NCBI GenBank assembly: GCA_013285505.1
Contig: CP053450.1
Span: forward strand, 292,796-356,795
Reading direction: 5' to 3'
Length of the DNA stretch: 64,000 nucleotides
Source of the DNA: Planctomycetota bacterium
GTDB lineage: Bacteria > Planctomycetota > Phycisphaerae > Phycisphaerales > UBA1924
Of this stretch, positions 52,707-61,932 are shown piece by piece; position 1 is the first letter of the stretch, and the number at the start of each line of letters is the position of its first letter. The notes under the pieces were generated by a model. The model saw nothing but the letters and a program-made list of their open reading frames with translations. It was not told the DNA's origin and did not search any database. Made by a program: the position numbers and the translations under genes.

Positions 52707-53321
52707 ATGCGTAACGCCATCAGCCTCATCGTTCTGGCCGGCCTCGCCGGCACCGCCTCGGCCCAGATCGCGATCACCGAGTACATGTACTCGGCCAACT
52801 TCGCCGAGTACGTCGAGTTCACCAACGTGTCCAACGCGCCGGTCGACATGACCGGCTGGAGCTACGACGACGTCAGCCGCGAGCCCGGCACCCTCGACCT
52901 CTCCGCCTTCGGCGTCGTCGCCCCGGGCGAGAGCGTCATCATCACCGAAGAACCCGCCGACGATTTCATCACCGTCTGGGGTCTCTCGGGCGTCAAGGTC
53001 ATCGGTGAGTACACCAACAACCTCGGCCGCGGCGATGAGATCAACCTCTACGACGCCGGCGACAACCTCGTCGATCAGCTCACCTACGGCGACGAGGACT
53101 TCCCCGGCACCATCCGCGCCCAGGACTTCAGCGGCAACCCCATGCCCGGGGCCGTCGGCAACAACGACATCGCCGGCTGGGTGCTCGCCTTCGAGGGTGA
53201 CAGCTTCGGCTCCTTCCTCAGCGCCTTCGGCGATGTCGGCAACCCCGGCACCTACATCCCTGCGCCGGCCCCGATCGCCCTGCTCGGCCTCGGCGGCCTG
53301 ATCGCCCTCCGCCGCCGCTGA
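52707..53321 (+). CDS. secreted lamin-tail-domain (LTD) protein with PEP-CTERM tail
   Basis: ATG 52707. MRNAISLIVLAGLAGTASAQ is a signal peptide. IAITEYMYSANFAEYVEFTNVSNAPVDMTGWSYDD is the LTD signature. It ends IPAPAPIALLGLGGLIALRRR-stop. Confidence 0.8.
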   Translation: MRNAISLIVLAGLAGTASAQIAITEYMYSANFAEYVEFTNVSNAPVDMTGWSYDDVSREPGTLDLSAFGVVAPGESVIITEEPADDFITVWGLSGVKVIGEYTNNLGRGDEINLYDAGDNLVDQLTYGDEDFPGTIRAQDFSGNPMPGAVGNNDIAGWVLAFEGDSFGSFLSAFGDVGNPGTYIPAPAPIALLGLGGLIALRRR

Positions 53322-53358
53322 TCCCCCCCGAAACGCAGAAGACAGAGAGAACAGACGT

Positions 53359-53385
53359 CACGGCCGGGCATCACGCCCGGCCGTG
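53359..53385 (+). terminator. rho-independent terminator-like hairpin
   Basis: cacggccgggc-atcac-gcccggccgtg is an 11-bp stem followed by gtcgtttgtg. Confidence 0.6.
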
Positions 53386-53422
53386 GTCGTTTGTGCATCA
53401 GCGTTGACTGACAACCCGCGGG

Positions 53423-53653
53423 CTAGCGTCCCCCGCCGCGCTCACGGATGGTGAGCTGGTCGAGCCGCAGCAGACCCAGCGTCGTGATCGGCAACAGCAG
53501 CGAGCCGACCAGCGCCAGCAGGTGCAGCGTGGGCAGGCGGCTGATGGCGCCGCGATTGAAGATGAGATAGACCAACAGCAGGCTGCACGCGATCGACAGC
53601 AGCGCGACCAGAATTACCCCACCCCGACGAGTCACCCGAACGATCGATTCCAT
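53423..53653 (-). CDS. small two-TM membrane protein (76 aa), hypothetical
   Basis: ATG 53653. MESIVRVTRRGGVILVALLSIACSLLLVYLIFNRGAISRLPTLHLLALVGSLLLPITTLGLL. Weak call based on hydrophobicity and codon bias only. Confidence 0.4.
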   Translation of the reverse strand: MESIVRVTRRGGVILVALLSIACSLLLVYLIFNRGAISRLPTLHLLALVGSLLLPITTLGLLRLDQLTIRERGGGR

Positions 53654-53819
53654 GGCCCATCCTTGATTCGCCAGGCACCACACGCACGCAACGGTTCTGC
53701 GGCCGGATCCGTCTCCGCCACCCCACAAGCTTTCACCAGGATTCCAGGGCCGGTCACACCCGCGGGCAACCGACCGAATCTCCGGTGAGAGGGCGGGATA
53801 TTACTCAGTTTGGACGGCC

Positions 53820-56577
53820 ATGTCTCGTGGGTCTTTGTTCGGTAGGGTGTCCGAGGCTGAGAATGCCATTTGTCGGGCACCGTCGTTTGTGGTCCGGCGT
53901 GCGGAGCGGTATTGTCCCCTCCTTGTGAGGCGGACTGAACAGACCCAACCCGGCGACGGCACCCCGCTCCCGCAGCGTCGGGCCCGGCCCCACCACGCGG
54001 TCGCCGCCGCCGCCCTGCTGGCCGCAGCAGGACTCGCCGCCCCGGCACTCGCTCAGGACAGCCCGCCGGCCCAGCCCGAAGCAGAGACCCTGCAGCCCGA
54101 GGCCGATGTCGAGCCGGCGTCGCTTCAGCCGGGCGAGGAGTTCAACGCCCGCCCCATCCGCCGCGTCGAGATCGTCCGCCCCGTCCTGCGGGACGGCCAG
54201 GCGGTCCTGATCCGCATGACCGGCACGGCCGCGGACTTTGCCCGCAACCAGATCCGCAGCAGCGCCGGCGCACCCTATCTGCAGGAAACCGTCTCCGACG
54301 ACGTCGCGAGGCTCAGCCGCACCGGGCGCTACGCGATCATCAACGCCGGCGTCCGCCTCGGCCCCGACGGGTCGGTCGTACTGATCTACACGCTGCAGGA
54401 ACAACCGATCATCGAGGACGTGCAGTCGGTCGGCAACCGGCAGCTGACCGACCAGCAGATCGCCGCGTCGGTAGACCTGCTCGTGGGCACGCCGGTCGAC
54501 CTCTTCCAGCTCGACCGTGCCGCGAGACGCATCGAGGACCTCTACCACGCCAAGGGCTACTACAACGCGCAGGTCGATTGGGACCGCAAGGAGCTCGAGG
54601 ACAACGGCATCGTGCTCTTCCGCATCACCGAAGGGCAGAAGCTCCGCGTGACGGCGATCCGCTTCTCCGGCGTCGAGAACATCCCCGAGGGTGAGCTCCG
54701 CCGCGAGATCAAGACCAAGAAGAGCTTCCTGTTCATGAAGGCCCCGCTGGACGACGAGTTGCTCGACAGCGACGTCGCGGCCATCTACCGGTTCTATCAG
54801 GACCGGGGCTACCTCGACGCCAAGGTCGACCAGCGCGTGCAGCCGGCGCCCAACAACCGCGAGGCGATCGTGACCTTCCTCGTGGACGAGGGGCCGCTCT
54901 ACCACCTCGGCAACACCGTGCTCCGCACGCCGGACGATGCCCCGATCTTCAGCCCCGAGCAGCTGTCGGGGATCATGCCCATCAAGCGCGGCGACGCGTT
55001 CTCGATCAACCGGGTGCGCTCGAGCATCGACGAGATCAAGGCCGCCTACCACAAAGAGGGCTACGCCGACGTCGCGGTCAACACCGACCAGCTGCGCGCC
55101 GACGGTGCGCCGGTCGTGGACCTGCTCATCACCATTCGGCAGGGCGAGCCGCGTCTTATCGGCGAGGTCAACGCGATCGGCAACACCCGCACCAAGACCA
55201 GCGTGATCCAGCGGTGGTTGCACATCGAGGGCCTCAAGTCCGTGCGCCCGCTCGACCCCACCGCCATGAAGCGGGCCGAAGACCGCGTCACGCAGTCGAA
55301 CCTGTTCGAACGGGTCTTCGAGCCCCCCCGCATCGGCATCCAGGCGACGCCGCGGGAGCGCCAGAGCAGAGCGCCGGCGCAGGACCAGAGCGTCGGCCAG
55401 CCCGCCGAGGGCGACACGACGCTCGACGCCACCCCGGCCTCGGCGACACCCGCACCCCGCGACCCCTACGACGACATCTACCGCGACGTGCTCGTCGAGG
55501 TGCGCGAGACCGACACCGGCGAGTTCAACATCGGCGCAGCGTTCAACACCGACTCCGGCGTCGTCGCCCGGCTCTCGATCGTGCAACGCAACTTCGACAT
55601 CAACGACAGGCCCGACACGGTCTCCGACCTGTTGACCGGCGAGGCCTTCCGCGGCGGCGGGCAGACGCTCAGCCTCGAGCTGCTGCCCGGCAACCGCGTG
55701 CAGACCTACTCGCTCAGCCTCCGCGAGCCCTCGCTCTGGGACTCGGACTACTCGGGCACCGGCGCGGTCTTCTACCGCAACCGCGACTACCTCGAATACC
55801 GCGAGGAGCCGCTTCGGCGGCCGCGTCGGCGTCGGCCGCCGCTTCGGCACCCGCTGGCAGGGCAACATGCTTCTCCGGGCCGAGTCGGTCGAGCTGCTCG
55901 ATATCGACGCCGACCAGCCTGTCGACGTCTTCGACGTCGCCGACCGCAGCCTGCTCACGGGCCTGGGCTTCACGCTCACCCGCGACACGCTCGACAACCG
56001 CTTCCGGCCCCGGCGCGGCGCACGCACCGAAATCGGTATCGAGCAGGTCGGCGCCATCGGCGGCGACTTCTCGTTCACGAAGGTCAACGCCGAGCACGAG
56101 TTCTTCGTCCCGGTCTACGAGGACTTCCTCGGCCGCACGACCGTCTTCTCCACCAAGATCGCCGCGAGCTACATCCCGCAGAACAAGGACGAGGTGCCGG
56201 TCTACGAGCGGTTCTACCTCGGCGGCCAGTCGTTCCGCGGCTTCGACTTCCGCGGCGTCAGCCCGGTCGGCATCCGCAACGACAACGGCCAGCTCGGCGA
56301 CGACCCCGTCGGCGGCACCTGGTCGTTCTTCCTCGGCTCCCAGATCGTCCAGCCGCTGTTCGAAGAGACCATCTCCGGCGTCCTGTTCGTGGACTCAGGC
56401 ACCGTGGGCTACGACGTCGGGTTCGACGACTACCGCGTCTCGGCGGGCCTGGGCATCCGGCTCTACGTGCCCCAGATCAGCCCCGCACCGATCGGTTTCG
56501 ACTTCGGCTTCCCGCTGCTCGAGGAACCGACCGACGAGAACCGCGTCTTTACGTTCTTCATCGACCTGCCGTTCTAG
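53820..56577 (+). CDS. bamA: outer membrane protein assembly factor BamA (POTRA repeats + Omp85 barrel); one apparent frameshift; start uncertain (GTG 53925 possible)
   Basis: Signal ..AVAAAALLAAAGLAAPALAQ. POTRA-like repeats (IRRVEIV.., IIEDVQSVGNRQL.., LRVTAIRFSGVENI.., LYHLGNTVL.., RLIGEVNAIGNTRTK). The barrel ends GIRLYVPQISPAPIGFDFGFPLLEEPTDENRVFTFFIDLPF-stop. The frame changes from ORF 53820.. to ORF 55867..56577 at about 55809 (..YLEYREE / RFGGRVGVGRRFGTRWQGNMLLRAESVEL..). Confidence 0.85.
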
Positions 56578-56659
56578 CGGCGTCCGGGCCTGCCCGCCGG
56601 CGATGCGTCGGCGCGGGCGGCTTATCATCCGCACACACCCCATGCAGGAGATCCCCACC

Positions 56660-57286
56660 ATGCAACGCAAACCCATCCACAGCAGTGTGGTCGTCCTGGC
56701 GTGTCTCTCGGTCGTCGGCTTCGTCGGCTGGCGCGCCGGCGCCGAGTCCGCCGGCTCGAAGATCGTCGCCGAGCCGACCGCCGTCGCGCTGGTCAACGTC
56801 GAGCGCGCGCTCAACGAACTCGAAGAGCTCAAGGCCCTCAACAAGTCGCTCGAGGTGCGTGCCACCGGCCGACAGGACAAGCTCGACACCCTCAAGAAGG
56901 AGCAGGAGAGCCTGCAGGCCGAGCTGGCCGAACTGCCGAGCAACAACAAGGAGCGCCAGCGGGAGATCCGGGCCCGCATGTTCGAGCTCAACGAGACGAT
57001 CAAGGCCCGCTACAACGCCTACCAGACCCTCATCGACATCGAGAAGGGCGAGATCATCGCGCCCCTCTACGCCAAGCTGCTGACCGCCGTGCAGGAGGTC
57101 TCCGTCAAGGAGGGCTACGAGCTGGTCCTGTTCGACGACCGCTCGCTGCAGATCCCCAACGGCGTGCAGTCGGTGGTCAACGACGCGATCCAGCAGAAGT
57201 CGATCCTCTACGCCAGCAACCGGATCGACATCACCGACCAGGTCGTGCTGCAGATGAACAACAAGTTCCAGGCCGGCGCCGACTAA
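56660..57286 (+). CDS. OmpH/Skp-family periplasmic chaperone
   Basis: ATG 56660 (GGAG 10 nt upstream; an alternative ATG lies at 56642). Signal/TM MQRKPIHSSVVVLACLSVVGFVGW, a long coiled coil (..LKKEQESLQAELAELPSNNKERQREIRARMFELNETIKARYNAYQ..) and YELVLFD. The position between bamA and lpxD is canonical. Confidence 0.8.
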   Translation: MQRKPIHSSVVVLACLSVVGFVGWRAGAESAGSKIVAEPTAVALVNVERALNELEELKALNKSLEVRATGRQDKLDTLKKEQESLQAELAELPSNNKERQREIRARMFELNETIKARYNAYQTLIDIEKGEIIAPLYAKLLTAVQEVSVKEGYELVLFDDRSLQIPNGVQSVVNDAIQQKSILYASNRIDITDQVVLQMNNKFQAGAD

Positions 57287-57305
57287 GCCGGGGATCCAGC
57301 ACGCC

Positions 57306-58452
57306 ATGTTCCAGTCGATCACCACCCAGTCACTCGCCGCGATGCTCGGCGCCGAACTCCTCGGCCCGCCGGACATCGAACTCTCCGACCTCGCCGGCAT
57401 CGACGAGGCCGGCCCCGGCGCGGTCACGTTCATCCGCTCCGACACCTACGCCCGCCGCTGGCCCAAAAGCGAGGCCTCGGCCGCGATCGTCACCCGCGGG
57501 ATCGAGATCCCCGGGCACGATCCCCAGACCCGCGCACTCCTGGTTGTCGAGAACGCCGACCGCTCACTGGTCGCCCTGCTCACCGAACTCTCCCGCATCG
57601 CCGCCCCCTCGGCCCCGCCCCAGGGCGTGCACCCCTCGGCCATCATCGACGAGAGCGCGACGGTCGACCCGACCGCCGCGATCGGCCCGCTCTGCATCGT
57701 GGGACCCGGCGCGGTGATCGGCGCCAACTGTGTGCTGCACGCACGCGTCACCATCGGCGCCAACGTGACCATCGGCGAGCGGACCGTCATGCACCCCGGC
57801 GTCGTCGTCTACCACCAGTGCGTCATCGGCACCGACTGCCTCTTCCACGCCCAGGTCTCGATCGGGGCCGACGGCTTTGGCTTCATCCCCCACCCCTCGG
57901 GCACGGGGCTGGTCAAGGTGCCCCACCTGGGCAACGTCGTCATCGGCGACCACGTCGAGGTCGGGGCCGGCTCGTGCATCGACCGGGGCAAGTTCGCCTC
58001 CACCACCATCGGCGAGGGCACCAAGATCGACAACCTCGTCCAGATCGGGCACAACGTCCAGGTCGGGGCGCACGTCGTGCTCTGCGGCCAGGTCGGCCTC
58101 GGCGGCTCCACCGTCGTCGGCAACGGCGCCATGCTCGGCGGCCAGGTCGGCGTGCAGGACAACAAACGCATCGGCGACGGTGCGCTCATCGGCGGCAAGT
58201 CCGGCGTCATGCAGCACATCCCCCCCGGGCGAGAGCTGGTTCGGCACCCCGGCACGACCGGCCAACATCGCCTTCCGCTCCCACCGCATCGGCGACCGCG
58301 TCGCCAAGAGCGTCCGCGATCTCAAAGACCGTGTGGCCGCGCTCGAGGCCCAGCTGGAAACCCAATTGGAAGCCCACTCGGAATCCAAACCCTCCGCGCA
58401 GGACAACGCCGAGACCAACCAATCGAGCAACCCGGACCACTCCACTCCATGA
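57306..58452 (+). CDS. lpxD: UDP-3-O-acylglucosamine N-acyltransferase; one apparent frameshift at a C7/G3 run
   Basis: Hexapeptide left-handed helix repeats (IGPLCIVGPGAVIGANCVLHARVTIGANVTIGERTVMHPGVVV..IGDHVEVGAGSCIDRG..). After ..GVMQHIPPG the sensible sequence ESWFGTPARPANIAFRSHRI...LEAQLE...HSTP-stop is in ORF 57877..58452. The shift is at 58220-58229 (atcccccccgggc). Confidence 0.85.
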
Positions 58453-59369
58453 CCAACGCGCCGAAAGCCCCGCTCCGACGCACGCTCGCCGCCGCAGCGG
58501 TCGTCCGAGGCATCGGCCTGTTCACCGAACGCGATGTCTGCTGCGCCATACTGCCCGCCGAGCCGGGCACAGGCCTGTGCTTCCGGCGGACCGATCTGCC
58601 CGAGCCCACCAACATCCGCGCACGGATCGACTCGCTGGCCTCACGCCCGGTGCACCCGGCGTTCGCCCAGATCCCGCCGCGGCACACGGCCATCGCCTCC
58701 CCCTCACACCCCGACGCCATCGTCTACACCACCGAGCACCTGCTCGGCGCACTGGCCGGCCTGGGCATCACCGACGCCCTCATCGAACTCGACGCACCCG
58801 AAATCCCCATCGGTGACGGCTCGGCAAAGCCCTTCACTGACGCGATCCACGCCGCGGGCCTGCGCGACGCCGCAGCCGCAGCCGGCATTGCCACCGTTGC
58901 CCCGCTCACGCTCGATGCGCCGGTCACCGTCTCCAGCCCCGACGGCCGCGCCACCATCACCGCCGAGCCCATCGGTGCCGAGGACACGCCCACCTACCGC
59001 TACGAGCTCGACTACGGCCCCGGAGCCCCCGTGCCCGCGCAGGCCGCGGAGTGGCACGGCGATCCCGCCCGCTTCCTCACCGACGTCGCCCCCGCACGCA
59101 CATTCTCCCTCGCGGCCGAGGCCCAGCAGATGCAGGCCCTCGGCCTCTTCCGCCGCTTCACGCCGCGCGACCTGCTCGTGATCGACGACACCGGCACACC
59201 GATCGACAACGCCTGGCGGGGCGAGAACGAGCCCGCGCAGCACAAGCTCCTCGACCTGATCGGCGACCTGGCCCTGGTCGGGCGGCCGATCCACGCCCGC
59301 ATCGTCGCCGTCCGCGCCGGCCACGCCCTCAACCACGCCATGGCCCGCGCACTCGTCGCCGCGCACTGA
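58449..59369 (+). CDS. lpxC: UDP-3-O-acyl-N-acetylglucosamine deacetylase
   Basis: ATG 58449 overlaps the lpxD stop (ATGA). TTEHLLGALAGLGITDALIELDAPEIPIGDGSAKPF and HKLLDLIGDLALVGRPIHARIVAVRAGHALNH are LpxC signatures. The track merges it with lpxD in ORF 57306..59369. Confidence 0.9.
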   Translation: MTNAPKAPLRRTLAAAAVVRGIGLFTERDVCCAILPAEPGTGLCFRRTDLPEPTNIRARIDSLASRPVHPAFAQIPPRHTAIASPSHPDAIVYTTEHLLGALAGLGITDALIELDAPEIPIGDGSAKPFTDAIHAAGLRDAAAAAGIATVAPLTLDAPVTVSSPDGRATITAEPIGAEDTPTYRYELDYGPGAPVPAQAAEWHGDPARFLTDVAPARTFSLAAEAQQMQALGLFRRFTPRDLLVIDDTGTPIDNAWRGENEPAQHKLLDLIGDLALVGRPIHARIVAVRAGHALNHAMARALVAAH

Positions 59370-59637
59370 TTCACCAAACAGAGCCGCGGGCGTCAGCACG
59401 CTGAAGGGGATCCAAGACCGGCAGATGCCCAAGGCTCTGCCTGTGCCGCGACCAAAAAGTCTCGACGACCTACCCCACCTGCGCGCCAATTCGTGGACCT
59501 CCCCGGCTTTCGCCTTCCGTCAGCCCTCGATTGCCGCCACAATATGGGCGGGCTCCCCCCCTGCCCGACCGTGCGGCATCCCGCCGGCCGGGGATGTCGC
59601 CGATCCAGGGTCGGCCGGGTCGAAAGGGGAGTCGAGG

Positions 59638-60246
59638 ATGATCAAGGGGAGCGCTGGTCGATGGATGGGGCGGGCCTGGCAAACCGGGTTGATGGCGTGC
59701 GCGGCTGTTCTTGTCATGTCAGGGTGTGCCGACATGCAGGCCCTGGACGAGTTCCGGGCCGACGCCGACACCCTCAGACAGTCGCTGGAGGCCCGCGCCG
59801 ACCGCTGGGACGACACTCTGGGCAAGATGGCGGCCGACGACCCGGCCCGGCCACGAGCCGAAGCGGAGGCCGCCCAGGCCAGGGCGGCGGCAGCAACCGT
59901 GGACGCGGGGATCGCCCGGATCGACGAGGTTCTGGCAGAAGCCGCGAAACCGACCGACCCGCTTACCGAAACAGTTGGTGCGGCCTCGGGGCTGTTGCCG
60001 ATGCCACTGCGCGGTCCCCTCGTGCTGGGTGCCGCGGCTGCGGTCGTCGGTCTCCGCGCGTGGCGGCTCAAGACGGGGCTGACATCGGTGGCACGGGGCC
60101 TCTCGGTGGCGCTGCGAGAGGATGAGGAGTTCCGTACATGTTTCGGGAAACACGCCAACACCTTCCGCGCCACCCAGACACCCACCGCCCGACGGGTGAT
60201 CGACGAGGTCACCCACACCGGGCCGATGCTGCGCCTTCCGGTGTGA
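59638..60246 (+). CDS. lipoprotein, hypothetical (about 202 aa)
   Basis: ATG 59638 after GGGGAG..GAGG. Lipobox AVLVMSGC. The body is helical and Ala/Arg-rich. Confidence 0.55.
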   Translation: MIKGSAGRWMGRAWQTGLMACAAVLVMSGCADMQALDEFRADADTLRQSLEARADRWDDTLGKMAADDPARPRAEAEAAQARAAAATVDAGIARIDEVLAEAAKPTDPLTETVGAASGLLPMPLRGPLVLGAAAAVVGLRAWRLKTGLTSVARGLSVALREDEEFRTCFGKHANTFRATQTPTARRVIDEVTHTGPMLRLPV

Positions 60247-60281
60247 GCCACCCGGCGGCACACGAACCCACCCACACAGGG

Positions 60282-60303
60282 GGGCGGGCTTTCCAGCCCG
60301 CCC
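60282..60303 (+). terminator. rho-independent terminator after the lipoprotein gene
   Basis: gggcgggct-ttcc-agcccgccc is a 9-bp stem followed by tttct. Confidence 0.6.
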
Positions 60304-61067
60304 TTTCTGCGCGCACCCACGCTCCGCACGGGCCCCGCCGCACATCCGCCTTCACCCTCATCGAACTCCTCGTGGTCATCTCGATCATCGCCCTGCTCAT
60401 CGGTATCCTGCTGCCCGCACTGGGTAAGGCCCGCGAGCAGGGGTGGAGCGTCAAGTGCCTCACCAACCTGCGGGGCCTGGGCACCTCGATGCAGCTCTAC
60501 TTCAACGACTCCGACGGCGTGCTGCCGTGGATCGACCCCATCGCCGGCGCAGACGAGAACGAGAACAACATCGACCTCTTCGAGGTCTTCGCTTCCTACA
60601 TCGACGCCGTGCAGCCGCGGCGCGAGATCCCCGGCAACGAGGACTCCGCCTGGGTCGTGCAGGAGCCCTACCGCTGCCCGGCCGACCGGGAACCGCTCGA
60701 CGACGACGAGGGCGAGCCGCGGGCGGCGCACGAGACCTACGGCACCAGCTACGACGGGCCTTGGATCCAGCTCTATGTCGCGCTCGAGCTCTTCGACGCC
60801 ATCGACCCGGACAACAGCGACCCCAAGGTCGCCAAGGCCGAACGCTGGAAAGCCCAGCGCGCCGTCTCGCGCGCCTACGACCAGTACGCCACCCGCGGCG
60901 AGACGCTCCCGGTCATGCTCGACTTCGCCTCGGTCCACCCGGCCAAGTCCGGCAAGAACGCGCTCTACTGGGACGGCTCGGCCGACATCTACCCCGGCGA
61001 CCCGCCCAGCGAGTTCGTCGAGGAGTTCCTCGCGCTCACACTCCGGCTCTGCAACTTCGGAAGCTAG
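60303..61067 (+). CDS. prepilin-type N-terminal cleavage/methylation domain protein (pseudopilin-like); 5' end unresolved
   Basis: ..[47 protein letters not shown] is the class III signal/pseudopilin helix. The frame is that of track ORF 60138..61067, but no ATG/GTG/TTG exists in any frame between the terminator (60303) and the FTLIELL motif (about 60346). Confidence 0.6.
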   Translation, partial: LSARTHAPHGPRRTSAFTLIELLVVISIIALLIGILLPALGKAREQGWSVKCLTNLRGLGTSMQLYFNDSDGVLPWIDPIAGADENENNIDLFEVFASYIDAVQPRREIPGNEDSAWVVQEPYRCPADREPLDDDEGEPRAAHETYGTSYDGPWIQLYVALELFDAIDPDNSDPKVAKAERWKAQRAVSRAYDQYATRGETLPVMLDFASVHPAKSGKNALYWDGSADIYPGDPPSEFVEEFLALTLRLCNFGS

Positions 61068-61102
61068 GATTTTTCACGCCCGTCTCGATTCGGAACGACA
61101 CC

Positions 61103-61912
61103 ATGCCCGACCAACCACACACCACCGGCTCACTGCTCGACGACGACCCCACCGTGGCGACGATCGGTGTCGGGGCGCACAAGCCCTCACTCCGCGACCG
61201 GCTCCGCGCGGTCGAGAAAGGCGCGGTCGCACGGTTCAACGCCGCGTGGGCGGTGCCGTGGTCGCGCTACGCGATCATGGGCGGCAGCTCCGTCGCCGCC
61301 CTCGCGCTCGGGCTGGGCATCTACCTGGCGATCCGCCCCGTCCCCAAGCCCGACTACGAGCAGGCCGAGATGGGCAAGATCTTCAACTACACGCTGCTGA
61401 CCGAGGAGTTCAACCGCCTGCCCGTCGAGGAACGCATCGAGCTGATCAGCCAGCTCGTGGACCGTGTCGGCGACATGGACGCCAGCGAGTCGGTGATGAT
61501 GGCGCAGTTCTTCGCCGGGATCGCCGGCGAGGCCCGCGAGCAGATCGAACGCAACGCCGGCAAGCTGCTGGTGGACGCGACCGACCTGGTCGCCAAGGAC
61601 TACGCCGCGGTGCCCCCGGAAGAACGCGACGCCTACCTCGACGACGCCTACGTCAGGCTCGTGCGGCTGACCTCACCCTTCGACGGCTCCATCGACCGGC
61701 GCACCGACGAGGAACTGCTCGAGCGCGGCCGACGCGACACCAAGCAGGGCCAGGAAGCCATGGGCAGCGGCGAGGTCAACGCCGACCAGGCGTCACGGCT
61801 CCTGGTCTTCATGAACCAGCAGACCGCCAAGAGCGCCTCACCCGCCCAGCAACAACGCCTCACCCTCTTCATGCGCGACATGACCCGAAGGCTGCGCGAG
61901 CCGGGCGGCTGA
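61103..61912 (+). CDS. hypothetical single-pass membrane protein (269 aa)
   Basis: ATG 61103. The TM helix is YAIMGGSSVAALALGLGIYLAI. The rest is a helical acidic domain. It is the C-terminal part of track ORF 60443..61912. Confidence 0.6.
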   Translation: MPDQPHTTGSLLDDDPTVATIGVGAHKPSLRDRLRAVEKGAVARFNAAWAVPWSRYAIMGGSSVAALALGLGIYLAIRPVPKPDYEQAEMGKIFNYTLLTEEFNRLPVEERIELISQLVDRVGDMDASESVMMAQFFAGIAGEAREQIERNAGKLLVDATDLVAKDYAAVPPEERDAYLDDAYVRLVRLTSPFDGSIDRRTDEELLERGRRDTKQGQEAMGSGEVNADQASRLLVFMNQQTAKSASPAQQQRLTLFMRDMTRRLREPGG

Positions 61913-61932
61913 ACCAGAGTCGATCGACGCCC

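Noticed and set aside
2590-58230. Programmed ribosomal frameshifting as explanation for the frame changes
   Set aside because: There are no slippery heptamers or conserved stimulatory structures at the sites. The sites occur in unrelated genes, including bamA and lpxD, which are not known to use frameshifting. Several coincide with G/C homopolymers, which fits sequencing error better.
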